Positions 63,677 to 64,000 of a stretch of 64,000 bases of DNA are shown here, piece by piece (within the stretch, counting starts at the first letter, position 1; the number at the start of each line of letters is the position of its first letter). Source of the DNA: an uncultured Rikenellaceae bacterium (lineage in GTDB: Bacteria; Bacteroidota; Bacteroidia; Bacteroidales; VadinHA17); assembly GCA_964389685.1 (NCBI GenBank), contig CAYMFM010000004.1:1310-65309 (forward strand), written 5' to 3'. Below the pieces are notes generated by a model. It worked only from the letters and a program-made list of their open reading frames with translations. It made no database searches and was not told where the DNA came from. Both the position numbers and the translations under genes were made by a program.

Positions 63677-63729
63677 GTAGGTAGTATAGTGTTCAGGTTT
63701 TAATAAGAAATGAGAATACCGAACACCAG

Positions 63730-64000
63730 TTAATATTCACCTATAGCGCGAACTCTCATCCCAAATGCCTTTTCAGGATTTTTAACCAACAGTAAATGAA
63801 TTTCTTTTTCAGAAAAACCTGATTCCTTCATCTTTGGCAGCAAGATCGTTTCAATGGATGTAAAAGACCGGAATGTCCCGCCATTTTCCTGTCCAGGTTT
63901 ATACCACCCGGCATCATGAGAAAGCAATACTTTATGCAGCAGGTTGGCTTCCTTCATCTCAAGCAAATGATCCATGAACAGATCCAGTGTATGGGGCTGA
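63730..64000 (-). CDS. phosphotriesterase-family (PTE/PHP-like) hydrolase, C-terminal part; gene continues beyond the window
   Basis: The minus-strand frame stays open to position 64000. The C-terminal sequence LLSHDAGWY...EKEIHLLLVKNPEKAF resembles the PTE-family end. Confidence 0.55.
   Translation of the reverse strand, partial: QPHTLDLFMDHLLEMKEANLLHKVLLSHDAGWYKPGQENGGTFRSFTSIETILLPKMKESGFSEKEIHLLLVKNPEKAFGMRVRAIGEY

Noticed and set aside
1-64000. Defence island, prophage, integrative element, toxin-antitoxin, retron/DGR, or secondary-metabolite cluster
   Set aside because: I went through every ORF longer than 60 aa. No integrase, transposase, reverse transcriptase, restriction/modification, nuclease-helicase, phage structural or biosynthetic core enzyme signatures were recognisable. 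Gene content is core-chromosomal.

Overview
This 64-kb segment has the gene content and synteny of a Bacteroidota (Bacteroidia-like) chromosome. I count about 57 protein-coding genes. Most are housekeeping: ftsK-lolA, a 7TM-HD (PgpH-type) hydrolase, feoB, the nusB-DUF1573-yajC-YbbR-coaE block, purC, phoH, mazG, plsC and xylBA. Three coherent modules stand out. (i) An ECF sigma / anti-sigma / two Spy-CpxP-like periplasmic proteins. (ii) A lipoprotein-TolC-MacA-MacB(ATPase+permease)-LolA-like export cluster. (iii) A Xaa-Pro aminopeptidase / ornithine-cyclodeaminase-family / Cys-Thr proline-racemase-family cluster that reads as a trans-3-hydroxy-L-proline route. I found no tRNA, rRNA, CRISPR array, integrase, transposase, prophage or recognisable defence gene. 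The unusual content is non-coding. (a) A motif GGAAT-N17-KGTCTAA occurs four times, each time upstream of a gene in modules (i) and (ii). It looks like the cognate ECF promoter and links the sigma factor to the efflux operon. (b) Three intergenic spacers (43321-43682, 45672-46044, 58733-58988) are built from degenerate heptanucleotide tandem repeats that can be read in one 7-nt register over up to about 200 nt. These repeats are combined with GC-rich palindromic cores. Two of the spacers bracket the macB genes. (c) The pgpH-type gene is flanked by 1.0-kb and 1.3-kb ORF-free regions packed with short perfect hairpins. These fall into small families that show stem covariation, a 41-nt repeat whose only change is a loop swap, an imperfect 19-bp inverted-repeat pair, and an orphan terminator. 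Two enzymes carry single-nucleotide substitutions of catalytic residues: M3 peptidase HEXXH to HKSGH, and C40 peptidase Cys to Ser. All coordinates and counts were derived by hand from the sequence. All family assignments are from memory of motifs, not from searches.
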